Source: a virus
Lineage: Duplodnaviria; Caudoviricetes
Virus record (IMG/VR): IMGVR_UViG_3300028533_000484
Location: 32,001 to 96,000 of that record
Reading direction: 5' to 3' (one strand)
Length of the DNA: 64,000 bases
The notes beneath the pieces are model-generated. The model saw only the letters and a list, made by a program, of their open reading frames with translations, was not told the DNA's origin and did no database searches. Each line of letters starts with the position of its first letter. The stretch's first letter is position 1. Shown one piece after another: positions 1-9,803 of this stretch. The translations under genes were made by a program, and so were the position numbers.

Positions 1-213
1 GACGAATTTGTCTTAGCTTGTGTTTGGAAAAATTTACCTAGCTATAAACCTATGTTACCAAACATTAAACATGCTTTTGATAATTATGGTTGGTTTGTAA
101 GAGATAAAACCGAAGTAACGAAACTTATTTCCGATTTGATATACTATGCAAGCAACGATCCAAATGCAGCAGATGCTTGCAAAGCAGCAGAAACTTTCTT
201 AAACAATTTGTAA
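1..213 (+). CDS. 3' end of hypothetical protein (runs off window start)
   Basis: Frame 1 is open from base 1 to TAA at 211-213, followed by a hairpin terminator. Confidence 0.7.
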   Translation, partial: DEFVLACVWKNLPSYKPMLPNIKHAFDNYGWFVRDKTEVTKLISDLIYYASNDPNAADACKAAETFLNNL

Positions 214-221
214 GGAAAAAT

Positions 222-251
222 AAAAGGCTTCTATTTCTAGAAGCCTTTTTT
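222..251. terminator. Bidirectional intrinsic terminator
   Basis: AAAAGGCTTCTA-TTTC-TAGAAGCCTTTT between convergent ORFs. Confidence 0.8.
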
Positions 252-252
252 A

Positions 253-1296
253 CTATTCTTGTTGTTCAATATCTACAGTTACACCTTCATCTTCGTGATA
301 GTATGCAATTTTGTCAAGTGCATCTTCTGCATCTTTTGTTACACTATCAACGTAATCTTCGAAAGAATCATAATCATCTTCCCAATCTTCATATGTATTG
401 ATTTTTATTCTTACAGTATACTCTAAAGTTTTTGACTGCTTTTCAGAGTCACTAATTCCTAAACTCCTAAACACTTTTCTAACTTCTGGACTTGCTCTTT
501 TGACGTCGTATAGGTCGATGTAAACATCTCCTAAGTATTCGATCATTTGATTGCTATCTACCCAGTTACAACCTGATTGACCGAAATCTTTACTGAATAC
601 ATATACTGTACTATTCTCCAAAAAAGCTTCTAAAGCTTCGTCCTCAGTTTCATAACCCTCTTCTTCATAACCTTCGTATCCGTGAGCGTTACCCTGATCA
701 GGATATGCACCACCTTCAATTGACTCTAAGGTAGCTACATCTTCTCCAAAAGGACCAATATTTTGAATATGTATATACTCTCCTAAACCTTCTTCATAAA
801 GCTTATCTATCATTTTAATAGTTACATTGTTAAATTCACCATAAGCTTCTTTTAGAGATTTACGCCCTGATTGTTTCTTAGGTCCTATAATTCCTAAACG
901 TCTAAATACTTTTTTAGCTTCTGGATCTGCTCTTTCAACTGAATCTAGATCAATGTAGACATCGCTTAAATAATTCTCCATTGAAGTTTCATCCATCCAG
1001 TTACAACCTGTTTGTCCAATGTCCAAACCGAATACAAATACTTTATTGTCTTGTAGATAAGCTTCTAATGCTTCCTCTTCACTATCATAGCCTTCGTTTT
1101 CGTAGTTTTCATAACCATAAGCCCAGCCGTCGAAACCGTAATCTGCACCTTCAATTCTCTCCAAAACACATTCCTCGTTTTCATAAGGTCCCACGTGTCG
1201 GATATTTACATAATCTCCTAAACCTTCGTCGTAAAGTTTAGTAATCATTTTAAGAGTTAAGTTATTAAACTCATTACTTTCCTTTAAACGTCTCAT
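253..1296 (-). CDS. Acidic protein with two tandem ~130-aa repeat domains, possible internal head protein
   Basis: Duplicated unit (EFNNxTxKMIxKLYxEGLG...GQxGCNWxD...DVYIDL), each copy preceded by LKE; AGGAG RBS. Confidence 0.75.
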   Translation of the reverse strand: MRRLKESNEFNNLTLKMITKLYDEGLGDYVNIRHVGPYENEECVLERIEGADYGFDGWAYGYENYENEGYDSEEEALEAYLQDNKVFVFGLDIGQTGCNWMDETSMENYLSDVYIDLDSVERADPEAKKVFRRLGIIGPKKQSGRKSLKEAYGEFNNVTIKMIDKLYEEGLGEYIHIQNIGPFGEDVATLESIEGGAYPDQGNAHGYEGYEEEGYETEDEALEAFLENSTVYVFSKDFGQSGCNWVDSNQMIEYLGDVYIDLYDVKRASPEVRKVFRSLGISDSEKQSKTLEYTVRIKINTYEDWEDDYDSFEDYVDSVTKDAEDALDKIAYYHEDEGVTVDIEQQE

Positions 1297-1358
1297 ATAA
1301 TCTCCTTATATACAAATAAGTAAGAATTTTTCAAAACGATATCTCCTATATTGTAAAT

Positions 1359-1781
1359 ATGAATAAATCTGAAATGAAAAAAATCATGAAAGAACCTTTT
1401 TCTGAGATTACGAAAGCAATCAAAGACAAAGATGTTAACAAGGAATTAAAAGCTATAAACGATCTACTAAGCGTATGCGAAGATTTAAGATGTTTAGCAG
1501 AAAAAAGAAAGCAAACTATTACCGATGGTATGATACGTTGCAAATGTGGACATTATTTCAAAACTAATCCTAAAAAACACTATGTAACCGAACGTATAGT
1601 ATGTAAACCTACTTTTTGGGATTCGGGTTACGGTGACGACGATAGATATGCTGATTTTAGGATTAAAGACCTCTATGAGAATTGTCCTAAATGCCAAGAA
1701 CCTGTAACATTAAAGTTAGCTTTTTTTGAAGATCAAATACCAGGTACAGAAAGAGATCGTTGGGGAAAGGTATATAGTTAA
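1359..1781 (+). CDS. Hypothetical Zn-ribbon protein
   Basis: CKCGH and CPKC motifs; CCTATATT motif just upstream. Confidence 0.7.
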   Translation: MNKSEMKKIMKEPFSEITKAIKDKDVNKELKAINDLLSVCEDLRCLAEKRKQTITDGMIRCKCGHYFKTNPKKHYVTERIVCKPTFWDSGYGDDDRYADFRIKDLYENCPKCQEPVTLKLAFFEDQIPGTERDRWGKVYS

Positions 1782-1795
1782 AGGTGGATTTATAG

Positions 1796-2245
1796 ATGAT
1801 TGAAAATGTTAAAATAGGAATGACAGTTTTTGCTTTTCACACTATACACGATCCTATAGTAGAAGGAACTGTAAAAGATCCTACAATCAGAGAAACAACT
1901 TTCGGAGGAGCAACATCTAATCCAAAAACTTACAAAAGCATCAAATCCGTAGACTGGAAGTATTATATAGCAGATGAAAACGGTATAAGAAGCGAAACTG
2001 CAGGTTTTGGAAGCAGCGGTTGCTATCTTGAAAATACATTTTCGACTGCAAAAGAAGCTTTCGAAGTAAAAGAAAAGTTGATTGAGGATTATCGTGAAAA
2101 GCTTAGAAGTGAAATCACAGATGTAGAATCTCTCTTTAGATTTCCTCTTAATCACTGTGTAATCGGAAACGAGTATACAGATTGGTATGCAAGGGCTGTA
2201 TATGAAGAATATATCGAAAAATATAAGAAAGGAGAATTAAAATGA
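1796..2245 (+). CDS. Hypothetical protein
   Basis: 149-aa ORF with AAGGTGG RBS in a co-oriented run. Confidence 0.75.
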   Translation: MIENVKIGMTVFAFHTIHDPIVEGTVKDPTIRETTFGGATSNPKTYKSIKSVDWKYYIADENGIRSETAGFGSSGCYLENTFSTAKEAFEVKEKLIEDYREKLRSEITDVESLFRFPLNHCVIGNEYTDWYARAVYEEYIEKYKKGELK

Positions 2246-2565
2246 AAAAGATTATTTTTATTTTGATAGTAGCTACATCAATCGTTTTCACAGCTTGCAA
2301 TGCAGCTACAGAGGTTAGGATTCTTTCAGCAGATGGAGTTGAGTCATCGACAACTTATACTTTTACTGATTTTTTCAATCCTGAGGAACTTGTACATGTT
2401 GATAATGATAATACATCTATGGCAATTGTGATGGATAAAAATACAGGTATACTTTATATTCAGAAACACACTGGTTATCAGTTTGGCATATCTCCTATAT
2501 ACGATTCAGATGGTTCAGTTTTGACAAAAGAAAAATGGCTTGCAAAGCGCGCTAAAAAGGAGTAA
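2242..2565 (+). CDS. Putative lipoprotein (DUF6440-like)
   Basis: MKK + hydrophobic stretch + FTAC lipobox; IVMDKNTGILY...GISPIYDSDG motif; AAGGAG RBS. Confidence 0.65.
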   Translation: MKKIIFILIVATSIVFTACNAATEVRILSADGVESSTTYTFTDFFNPEELVHVDNDNTSMAIVMDKNTGILYIQKHTGYQFGISPIYDSDGSVLTKEKWLAKRAKKE

Positions 2566-2572
2566 AGATTAT

Positions 2573-2996
2573 ATGAAAAAAGTAAAATATTATACAAACT
2601 ATCCAATTGAGGATCAGAGAAATTTTTTTTGATTTATTGTCAAATGGAACGTATTGTGAAGAAGCCTTGAAACAGTCACACCTTGATAAAAAATGTCTTA
2701 GAGATTATATTTATGAAGATGGTAACGTTGTTTACTCTGACATTGAAAAATGTTGGGAAGAGATTGAAAGTAATCTTTGTGTCAACGACGAGTATCGATT
2801 ACATATTCGCTATGTAGATGCTGTTTACTATGATTACGATCCTTTTGAAGAATTAAACATAACTGCTGAAAAAATTGATAAAGAAACAGATAATAAAAAG
2901 CGCCTTGATTGGATTAAAGAGCAAAAGGAAAAGTTTGACAACGACTTCGAAAAGTTTGCAAACTTTGTTTATACTGAGTATCTAGAAAATAAGTAG
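2573..2996 (+). CDS. Hypothetical protein, apparently frameshifted at a T8 run
   Basis: ATG at 2573 stops at TGA 2630-2632; the +1 frame is the listed 2607..2996 ORF. Confidence 0.5.
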
Positions 2997-3398
2997 GTGA
3001 AAATGAGAAAAGGAAAGATAGAATACTACGCTTGTGGAGACATAAGTGAATATGATTTGGATGATCCAAAAGAGTCAAGCGAATTCTATGAAGAAATTAA
3101 AGAAGCTGGTTCTGCAATAGATAGCACAGAATTTGGTACTTTCGAACAAGAGCTTTATGAAGTTCGCTATCGTGATGAAGAAACTGTAAGACATATCTAT
3201 GCTTATAGTTCCGCAGAAGCTAAATTGTTGGCTCATTTGGATTCTGTTCACAAGGATAAGGAATTTAAAATTGAGGACTATACTGCACATTTCTTTTCGT
3301 TAAAAAGTGCAAAAGGAAGAGATGAGATTATAGGCGATATGGATTTGGATAAGTATCGAGACATGGTCTATGAAGCAGAAGAAAAAGAAGAAGTTTGA
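2997..3398 (+). CDS. Hypothetical acidic protein
   Basis: 133-aa ORF abutting the upstream gene. Confidence 0.7.
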   Translation: MKMRKGKIEYYACGDISEYDLDDPKESSEFYEEIKEAGSAIDSTEFGTFEQELYEVRYRDEETVRHIYAYSSAEAKLLAHLDSVHKDKEFKIEDYTAHFFSLKSAKGRDEIIGDMDLDKYRDMVYEAEEKEEV

Positions 3399-3443
3399 TT
3401 CTAGAAAATCAGATATTGTTGTCTGGAGGACAAAAACTGAACA

Positions 3444-3632
3444 ATGACGACTAAACAGCTTGATCGGGAAATCGAAGATGTAAAACTATCGGGACAAATA
3501 CTCGTTTCTCGATTTGCAGATATACTTGGAGTTGAAGCAGAAGTCTTAAAAGAAAAGAAAATTGACGATTCCGGTCTTTGCAGGGATAGTGAAATTGCAG
3601 CTTTGGAGGAGTATTTACAGGAGAATGAATAA
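3444..3632 (+). CDS. Hypothetical protein
   Basis: GGAGG RBS; TAATG coupling to the next ORF. Confidence 0.65.
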   Translation: MTTKQLDREIEDVKLSGQILVSRFADILGVEAEVLKEKKIDDSGLCRDSEIAALEEYLQENE

Positions 3633-3817
3633 TGTTTGTGATTCAATGTGAGACTAAAACCTTTTTTACAAAAAAGAAGAAAATTCTTTATATAGGCCCT
3701 CTACACAATGTTAAGCGAGTTGAAGAGGCATTAAAATTCAATTCAGAACATCATGCAAACAATCATAGAAGAATTCACAACCTGGATCGTAATATTTGGA
3801 AGGTAAGGAGAATATAA
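3632..3817 (+). CDS. Hypothetical basic protein
   Basis: Translationally coupled to the upstream ORF; AGGAG RBS. Confidence 0.6.
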   Translation: MFVIQCETKTFFTKKKKILYIGPLHNVKRVEEALKFNSEHHANNHRRIHNLDRNIWKVRRI

Positions 3818-4021
3818 ATGGAAGTGGCAGATGATGATTTAGACTTAGATTGGGGTAACATTCCAAATTATGAACAGGAAAATAGAGACTTCCTTAACAG
3901 TGAGCTACCAAGAGATGTTCATTTAAACCCAAATGAACAGGATGTTGAAAAAACCATTTTATATTTTTAGAAATTTCCTGTCGAAAATAACCTATATTAT
4001 TAATGTACAGGAGGAACGAAG

Positions 4022-4600
4022 ATGTATAGCAATTGTTTATTCGAAGCAATTAAAGCAAAAATCAAAGATCCAAAAACTGTACAGATTATTTATTTAAAAG
4101 GTGGATTATTTGGTAAGAAAGCTCACTTTATGTGGAGAAATGGATGTGAAATCTTTCACGCATATAATCCAAAAGGAAGCAGTAATAGATTTATCTACAA
4201 AGTATCTTATAAAAATATTTCTTTTGATTCGTTTGAAGCCTATGTTTTAGATGCAATCAAAAAATTACCTTTTGAAAAACAAATTATCTATGCAAAAAAG
4301 TTGCATCTAAAGTCTATTGAAATTCCAGGAGTATTGAACTGGACAAATCTAATTAAAGACTCTGATCCAGATTTTTCAAATGTTCCAAAAAAAGAAGATT
4401 TTTATTATCTGACTAAGATTCTTAGAAGTGAACCTCTTATTAAAGTATTAATTAACAGAAAAATAAAAACATTAACTTTTGATGAATTGATTAGTTGTGA
4501 AAAAATTATCCAATGGAAATATGTTACTCCGTTTGATAATGATTATACTACAATTAATGGTTGGAATAGAAACAGAGAAATTTTCAAAGAAATCCAATAA
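4022..4600 (+). CDS. Hypothetical protein
   Basis: 192 aa; CCTATATT motif and AGGAGG RBS. Confidence 0.75.
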   Translation: MYSNCLFEAIKAKIKDPKTVQIIYLKGGLFGKKAHFMWRNGCEIFHAYNPKGSSNRFIYKVSYKNISFDSFEAYVLDAIKKLPFEKQIIYAKKLHLKSIEIPGVLNWTNLIKDSDPDFSNVPKKEDFYYLTKILRSEPLIKVLINRKIKTLTFDELISCEKIIQWKYVTPFDNDYTTINGWNRNREIFKEIQ

Positions 4601-4626
4601 AATTTTCTATCTCTAGAATTATTATT

Positions 4627-4989
4627 CTATTCATCAGTATTATTTACAATCCGAATATTTTGACCTTCAATGTCGCCCTTTTCAATTCGCCTTTGGAAAA
4701 AAGCACTATTGCGTGCTTCTTCTACACTTCCAAATGTCATTAGTTCTTCACCACCTAAGTTACCATTGACATTTACGGTAATCCAACTATTGTCTCTAAA
4801 AGATTGAATAGTTACTTCTGTTGCGGAATCAATAGCACTAGCTTCCTTCAATCCTAATTCTGTTTCAACCAAATCCAAAGTTTCATCAAGTTCTTTTTCA
4901 GCCTCAAATAGCTTTACTTTGGCAATTCTAACTTTCTTTTCTGCTTCTTCAATTTTATGTAATTTTTCGTCGTAAATGTTCATAAACAT
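4627..4989 (-). CDS. Hypothetical protein, possibly virion-associated
   Basis: AAGGAG RBS; ACTAAAT motif upstream; LFEA/LKEA motifs. Confidence 0.7.
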   Translation of the reverse strand: MFMNIYDEKLHKIEEAEKKVRIAKVKLFEAEKELDETLDLVETELGLKEASAIDSATEVTIQSFRDNSWITVNVNGNLGGEELMTFGSVEEARNSAFFQRRIEKGDIEGQNIRIVNNTDE

Positions 4990-5078
4990 CTCCTTGAAAA
5001 TATTTAGTTTGGTTTTCTATAATATATATAAAAGTTGTAAAGTATTAAAGAATATGATTTTAAGCAGGAGTATGAATA

Positions 5079-5336
5079 ATGAGAGATATTAATAAGCTAA
5101 AAGAGCTAAGTGAAACAAAAAACGATTTAACTCTTATTATTTTCTTTACATTTCTTGCAGGAACTCTTTTTGGTGCATTCGGAATATTATGTGAAGAATA
5201 TTTATGGAATCCAAATCCTAAAGAAGGTACTGTCGGATGTTTCATAGTTTTACTTTTATTTGTATTTGGTTTTCTTTTTATTGTAAAAGCTTTGAGTAAA
5301 AAACTGGTCAAGAAAGTAAAAAAAGGAATCTCTTAA
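5079..5336 (+). CDS. Small two-TM membrane protein
   Basis: Two hydrophobic segments and a basic tail. Confidence 0.65.
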   Translation: MRDINKLKELSETKNDLTLIIFFTFLAGTLFGAFGILCEEYLWNPNPKEGTVGCFIVLLLFVFGFLFIVKALSKKLVKKVKKGIS

Positions 5337-5474
5337 AGAGAGTTAGGATAGGAGGACATATGGTTAGTACAGAGCTTGTTGCAATAGCAATTTTGTGCGT
5401 CGGATGCATTGGTTTGTTTTATTTATTTGGTATTGATGATGAAGATTCTGAATTGAAAAAGAAGGAGAATTAAT

Positions 5475-5660
5475 ATGAAAGATTCTGTTGCAGAGTCTGT
5501 AATGACTGTAAAATATTGGGTAGAAGGAGAACCTAAAATCGTTCAAGCAGTTACAGCTATTAGACGTGATAGTAAAACTGGTGAATTCATTATTGATACA
5601 ATTTTTGATGAGATCCGAATTCCTTACAAAAAGTTTGAAACAGTAATCGAAGTTTCTTAA
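5475..5660 (+). CDS. Hypothetical protein
   Basis: AAGGAG RBS. Confidence 0.65.
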   Translation: MKDSVAESVMTVKYWVEGEPKIVQAVTAIRRDSKTGEFIIDTIFDEIRIPYKKFETVIEVS

Positions 5661-5675
5661 AACAAGGAGGATTTA

Positions 5676-5858
5676 ATGTTTAAAGTTTTCATTGGTTATT
5701 TGTTTGGCACATTCTCAACTCTCCTTACAATTGCAGTACTTTTATCTGGAAGAACAAAACTTGCCATTATCATAGATGTTCTAGCACTTGTAGTACTCTT
5801 TTTAGGTGCTCGCAGATACAACGTAAAGAAACATATGGAATTGGAAAATGATATGTAA
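5676..5858 (+). CDS. Small two-TM membrane protein
   Basis: AAGGAGG RBS; two hydrophobic helices. Confidence 0.65.
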   Translation: MFKVFIGYLFGTFSTLLTIAVLLSGRTKLAIIIDVLALVVLFLGARRYNVKKHMELENDM

Positions 5859-6165
5859 ATTAATTTGTAAGCTTTCAAACAGTTTTGAAAAGATAATTTA
5901 CCGAAGAGTAAAAAAGAAGCTTAATAGTATGATTGGAACGGAGTTACATTTTGATAGAGGAATTCGTCACATTGTAAAGGTTGAATCCTTCTTCAGTTTC
6001 CTTACAAATAGTAAAAATCTTACAATTAAGTTTTGTACAGAAGATGATTATTTTTATTTTACCTATTCATACAGTCTTAAAACAGTTTTTAGACTTTTAA
6101 AGGTAAAAGGTGTAAAAGGATACACAAGAGGAGATAATGAACAGGATTATCTAGAATTTGTGTAG
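5848..6165 (+). CDS. Hypothetical protein
   Basis: Overlapping ORF in a co-oriented run. Confidence 0.5.
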   Translation: MICKLICKLSNSFEKIIYRRVKKKLNSMIGTELHFDRGIRHIVKVESFFSFLTNSKNLTIKFCTEDDYFYFTYSYSLKTVFRLLKVKGVKGYTRGDNEQDYLEFV

Positions 6166-6178
6166 AAGGAGATTTAAA

Positions 6179-6664
6179 GTGATAAGATTCATTGCATTAG
6201 ATACAGAATATACGTTTAAATGGGAATTTGAGGAAAGTCATGCTAGCTATAGACATGGAGATACATACAAATGTACACACTATGTTGTAGCAAAGCTTAA
6301 AGGTGACGAGCTCATAGATTGGCTTCAGTTATATGGTTTAACTCCTGATAAGATGTTCAAGAAAACAAATCCTTTTAAAGATCTTTGGTTCGGTGAGAAC
6401 GATAAAGAAAAGGATATCGATACATATAGATTAAACAAAGCTGCAGAAGAATGGTCTAAACAAAACGCAGATGTTGTTGAAAAAAATCCTTGGACTGTTG
6501 TTGGAATGAACGGCGGATATGTTCTAATATCAAACGGTTCGAAAGAAAATACAGTTGAGCTTGGAAGTGCATCTGTAGTGAATTTAGAAATGAACAATAG
6601 TAATACAAACACTATTAGAAACAATCCAAACATTTCTGTAAGGGCTCAGGCAAGTTTGATTTAA
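6179..6664 (+). CDS. Hypothetical protein
   Basis: GTG start at 6179 after AAGGAG, in frame with the listed 6158 ORF. Confidence 0.65.
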   Translation: MIRFIALDTEYTFKWEFEESHASYRHGDTYKCTHYVVAKLKGDELIDWLQLYGLTPDKMFKKTNPFKDLWFGENDKEKDIDTYRLNKAAEEWSKQNADVVEKNPWTVVGMNGGYVLISNGSKENTVELGSASVVNLEMNNSNTNTIRNNPNISVRAQASLI

Positions 6665-6721
6665 AAAAATAACGAAGTTACCTATAATTTAGAGTACAGT
6701 AATTTAAAGGAGAAAGAAATA

Positions 6722-7285
6722 ATGATTAATGTTAGAGAAAGCGTTTTTGAGACAAACAGCTCAACTTGCCATTCCTTAACACTTGTATCGGATCAGACTT
6801 ACAAAGACTGGGTAGCTGAAAAAACAATTTTCAGTGAAGATACAGGAAGTTTTATTGAATTTGATAAACTTTTTGACACATGTTTAGCTGAAGCAACAGA
6901 GGATTACGAGAAGCGTAAAGGTAAAAAAGAGCCAAGTGAATACGATCGTAAGAAGCTTCATGTACTTGAATACGTTATTAATCATGCCGAGAAAGAGAGT
7001 TTTGACGAAGCTGTTAGGACTCTTTTGAAAGATCACGATGGTAGAATTTTATCAGGCATGGTAAACGAAGATGATGAGGAAATTGGTTTAGAATATTCAG
7101 AAACAGCTAACTATGAAAATGCAACTGCTGAGGACATCGCAATGGAGCTTCTGTATACATTCTCTGATGGACTTTTATGTACAGAAGAAGGTTATTACAA
7201 CAACGATGACTATGAAACATATCACACTTATCGAGAGATTGACAATGTAATGGTACATGCTTTTGGATACTACAGCGGTTGTTAG
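6722..7285 (+). CDS. Conserved phage hypothetical protein (RxSVFETNSSxxH N-terminus)
   Basis: MINVRESVFETNSSTCHSL motif; promoter motif and AAGGAG RBS. Confidence 0.75.
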   Translation: MINVRESVFETNSSTCHSLTLVSDQTYKDWVAEKTIFSEDTGSFIEFDKLFDTCLAEATEDYEKRKGKKEPSEYDRKKLHVLEYVINHAEKESFDEAVRTLLKDHDGRILSGMVNEDDEEIGLEYSETANYENATAEDIAMELLYTFSDGLLCTEEGYYNNDDYETYHTYREIDNVMVHAFGYYSGC

Positions 7286-7332
7286 TGAGTATAATTGACT
7301 TTTAAAAAGCGTTGTAATTACATTATTGGAGA

Positions 7333-7791
7333 TTGATCTTGGACTTTATTAATTTCTTAAAAGAGCATACCAGTTTAGAGGATTACAGAGTCTCTGACTT
7401 TGAAGGGACTTTTGAATTTAAAACCATCGATTCTAACAAAAACTATGCTTGTCCTTTTTGTAAAAAGACTTTAGGTAAAGCTTTTACTGAAGATCTCAGT
7501 TTCAAACACTTTAAAGACGAGTTTTCAAAAGAATGCGATTGTGAAAAGTGGAAACTTCGAAAAGAAAAATATAAGCAATGTTTGGAGTTAGTTGAGCAGT
7601 TACAGGATTTAGAAAATAAGTTGGAAGAGATCATTCAGACTACAAAGATTGAAAATCTGGAAGCAGTTGTGCCTACTCTGAAAGATATATATTTAGGATC
7701 CTTAAACGATAAAGCAGCTGAATTTGATAGGGCTTTTAAAAAATATTTAGATCTACAAAATCTAAGGAGCAATTGTGAAAGTAGAAATTGA
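7333..7791 (+). CDS. Hypothetical Zn-binding/coiled-coil protein
   Basis: CPFC and CDC motifs followed by a heptad region. Confidence 0.6.
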   Translation: MILDFINFLKEHTSLEDYRVSDFEGTFEFKTIDSNKNYACPFCKKTLGKAFTEDLSFKHFKDEFSKECDCEKWKLRKEKYKQCLELVEQLQDLENKLEEIIQTTKIENLEAVVPTLKDIYLGSLNDKAAEFDRAFKKYLDLQNLRSNCESRN

Positions 7792-8500
7792 AATGAAAGC
7801 AAAAGTAAACGATTCTCAAATCGATAAGTTGCTTTGGTATTTTAACAATGAAACAACATATCTAGCAAAAAAGGATACATATTTTTCGTTTGGAGGAATA
7901 GCTCCAAAGAAGCCAAAGAGTATTATCCGTATTAGAAAGGAAGAGGAAATAAACGCTTACAAACTTTTAGAAGTATTTGGCGGAGTATCTAATGGTTTAA
8001 ACTATCCAAACATTAATTCAATTCTAAAAAGTTTTACTATACTGTTTGAGGCTAAAAAAATGTTAAGCTTCGATCCTAGTAAGAAAAGCTCTTGGCTTAC
8101 GGTAAAGGTAAAAAACACAAATCTAGAAGGAATTGAAACAAACGAAGAAACAGAAGGTCAACTATCTGAGGATACGGAAAAAGCATTTCGTGAGTCTATG
8201 AGCATTGCAAACTTCAAACCATACTTTACAAAGCTTAAGCAGTCCTTCTCTTTCTATGTACAAAATAAAGATAAGGATAAAAACAATTTTGAAATGCATG
8301 CGGAACTAGTTTCTGTAGATGGTATAGGACCTTATCTTGAAATTGAATCGGTTGTAAAAGAAAAAGATGCGGCAGAAGCTAGAGACCAAATTAGATGGTT
8401 TTTCGAGTATGAATTAGGTATTACAGACTTCGATGGACGTAGTTGGTCTGATATTGTAGAGGAGAGTTACAATGGCGATAAGCAAGAAGACGTTTTGTGA
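7775..8500 (+). CDS. CYTH / triphosphate-tunnel metalloenzyme (class IV adenylate cyclase-like)
   Basis: N-terminal EIEMK (ExExK), DTYF, IRIR, LTVK, ExE and C-terminal VDGIGPYLEIE motifs. Confidence 0.8.
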   Translation: MKVEIEMKAKVNDSQIDKLLWYFNNETTYLAKKDTYFSFGGIAPKKPKSIIRIRKEEEINAYKLLEVFGGVSNGLNYPNINSILKSFTILFEAKKMLSFDPSKKSSWLTVKVKNTNLEGIETNEETEGQLSEDTEKAFRESMSIANFKPYFTKLKQSFSFYVQNKDKDKNNFEMHAELVSVDGIGPYLEIESVVKEKDAAEARDQIRWFFEYELGITDFDGRSWSDIVEESYNGDKQEDVL

Positions 8501-8936
8501 GAGAGTAGAAATAATTAAAGCTGCTGATAAAAAACTAAAGGATGCTATCGAGACAGTTTTTGAAAAAAATCCTTTTTTAGATTCAAAAGAGTCATCTGCT
8601 TTTCCTGCGGAATGGATTTACAATATTACAGAAGAGCATCTAAAAACTCTATTCTTGGCAGTTAATGATAAATTAGATACAGTAAAAGTTGCCGAAAACC
8701 AGGATGAAACTTGTAAAGAGTTTGAAGCAAAAATGGAAGAGCTTCGCAAATTAGATACAGTTTTTGCAAATTGTTCTTGGAAGCCAAATAAAGATAAAAC
8801 ATTGCTTGATGCAGAGGTAGAATATTACTATGGTGAATGGAATTTTGCTGGACAAGTTGAACAAAATGGTAAAGAGTATTTTCTAGAGAAGCCTGAGGAT
8901 CTCTACGAATATTTAAAGACTCTTGCACAAGATTAA
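8472..8936 (+). CDS. Hypothetical protein
   Basis: GAGGAG RBS; 154 aa. Confidence 0.7.
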   Translation: MAISKKTFCERVEIIKAADKKLKDAIETVFEKNPFLDSKESSAFPAEWIYNITEEHLKTLFLAVNDKLDTVKVAENQDETCKEFEAKMEELRKLDTVFANCSWKPNKDKTLLDAEVEYYYGEWNFAGQVEQNGKEYFLEKPEDLYEYLKTLAQD

Positions 8937-9109
8937 TCTACAATTCTATACTAATTTTATAAAAATACCTTTTATCTTTCGGATGAAAGGTTGCTGTTCT
9001 CGTAAGATGCAGCGTAAAATTGCTTTTATGAAAGCTTTAAGTATTTACAGTGGTTACTTTTAAGTAGCAAAAAGCTTTCAACTTTTTTGAAGTTTTAAGA
9101 AAAGAAACA

Positions 9110-9171
9110 CCTATATTATAAATGTTGATAGTTACAAATAAAGTAACTCGAAACATTTAAGTTCTTTGACA
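9110..9171 (+). promoter_or_regulatory. Promoter motif, hairpin and boxA-like antitermination site for tRNA cluster 1
   Basis: CCTATATT at 9110, AATGTT..AACATT hairpin, then GTTCTTTGACA (9161-9171). Confidence 0.5.
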
Positions 9172-9194
9172 CTATTAGGGATAGTTAATTTTTT

Positions 9195-9268
9195 AGGGCT
9201 ATAACTCAGTTGGCTAGAGTGTCAGCTTTGCAAGCTGAAGGTCGTGAGTTCAAATCTCACTAGTTCCA
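9195..9268 (+). tRNA. tRNA-Ala(TGC)
   Basis: Cloverleaf; TCAGC-TTTGCAA-GCTGA; G3:U70; GTTCAAAT T-loop. Confidence 0.85.
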
Positions 9269-9518
9269 TTTCAAATAAATAATCAGGGTGATATTCAGAA
9301 AACTTCACACTCGTAACAAAGAATCCTAATAAGATTAGGTAGGGCAGGATGGAGATAAATAAGGAAGCGTTGTTCACTTCTCGAAAATTAGCCCGACTCT
9401 TAAATGAGTCACCTTCATCAATTCTATTCAAGGTTGTAAAGCTCGTTAGAGTACCAGGAATAGGAAATCAGTTCAAGTATTACTTGAGCTACTGTAAAGA
9501 CAGAATTACGAACTATCT

Positions 9519-9590
9519 GGTCTGTTCGGCTAGTGGTTAGGCCACAAGGTTTTCATCCTTGTAGCACGGGTTCAATTCCCGTACAGACCT
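9519..9590 (+). tRNA. tRNA-Glu(TTC)
   Basis: GGTCTGT/ACAGACC acceptor; CAAGG-TTTTCAT-CCTTG. Confidence 0.9.
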
Positions 9591-9592
9591 TA

Positions 9593-9712
9593 TCGCAGAA
9601 ATTGTTCCTATTAACTCGGTATCATAAACCAGTAGTCGAGGTTCGAATCCTCGGGTCCCCAATTTCGTGGGGATTTGGTGTAATGGTAGCACGCTATATA
9701 TACAATTCGCGA
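9593..9712 (+). ncRNA. Clamp element 1 enclosing a circularly permuted tRNA (CAT anticodon, 9618-9695)
   Basis: Order is anticodon loop ATCATAA, T arm CGAGG-TTCGAAT-CCTCG, 3' acceptor GGTCCCC, short loop, 5' acceptor GGGGATT, D arm; flanked by AATTGT-TCCT-AT / AT-ACAATT-C-GCGA. Confidence 0.8.
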
Positions 9713-9719
9713 TTTTTTT

Positions 9720-9803
9720 GGAAGTATGGATGAATTGGCAAAATCACCAACCTGCTAAGTTGGTTACCTTCGGGTAGTGCGTGGTCGGGACACGCTGCTT
9801 CCG
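9720..9803 (+). tRNA. tRNA-Ser(GCT), atypical T loop
   Basis: CCAAC-CTGCTAA-GTTGG; long variable arm TACC-TTCG-GGTA; T loop GTCGGGA. Confidence 0.8.
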
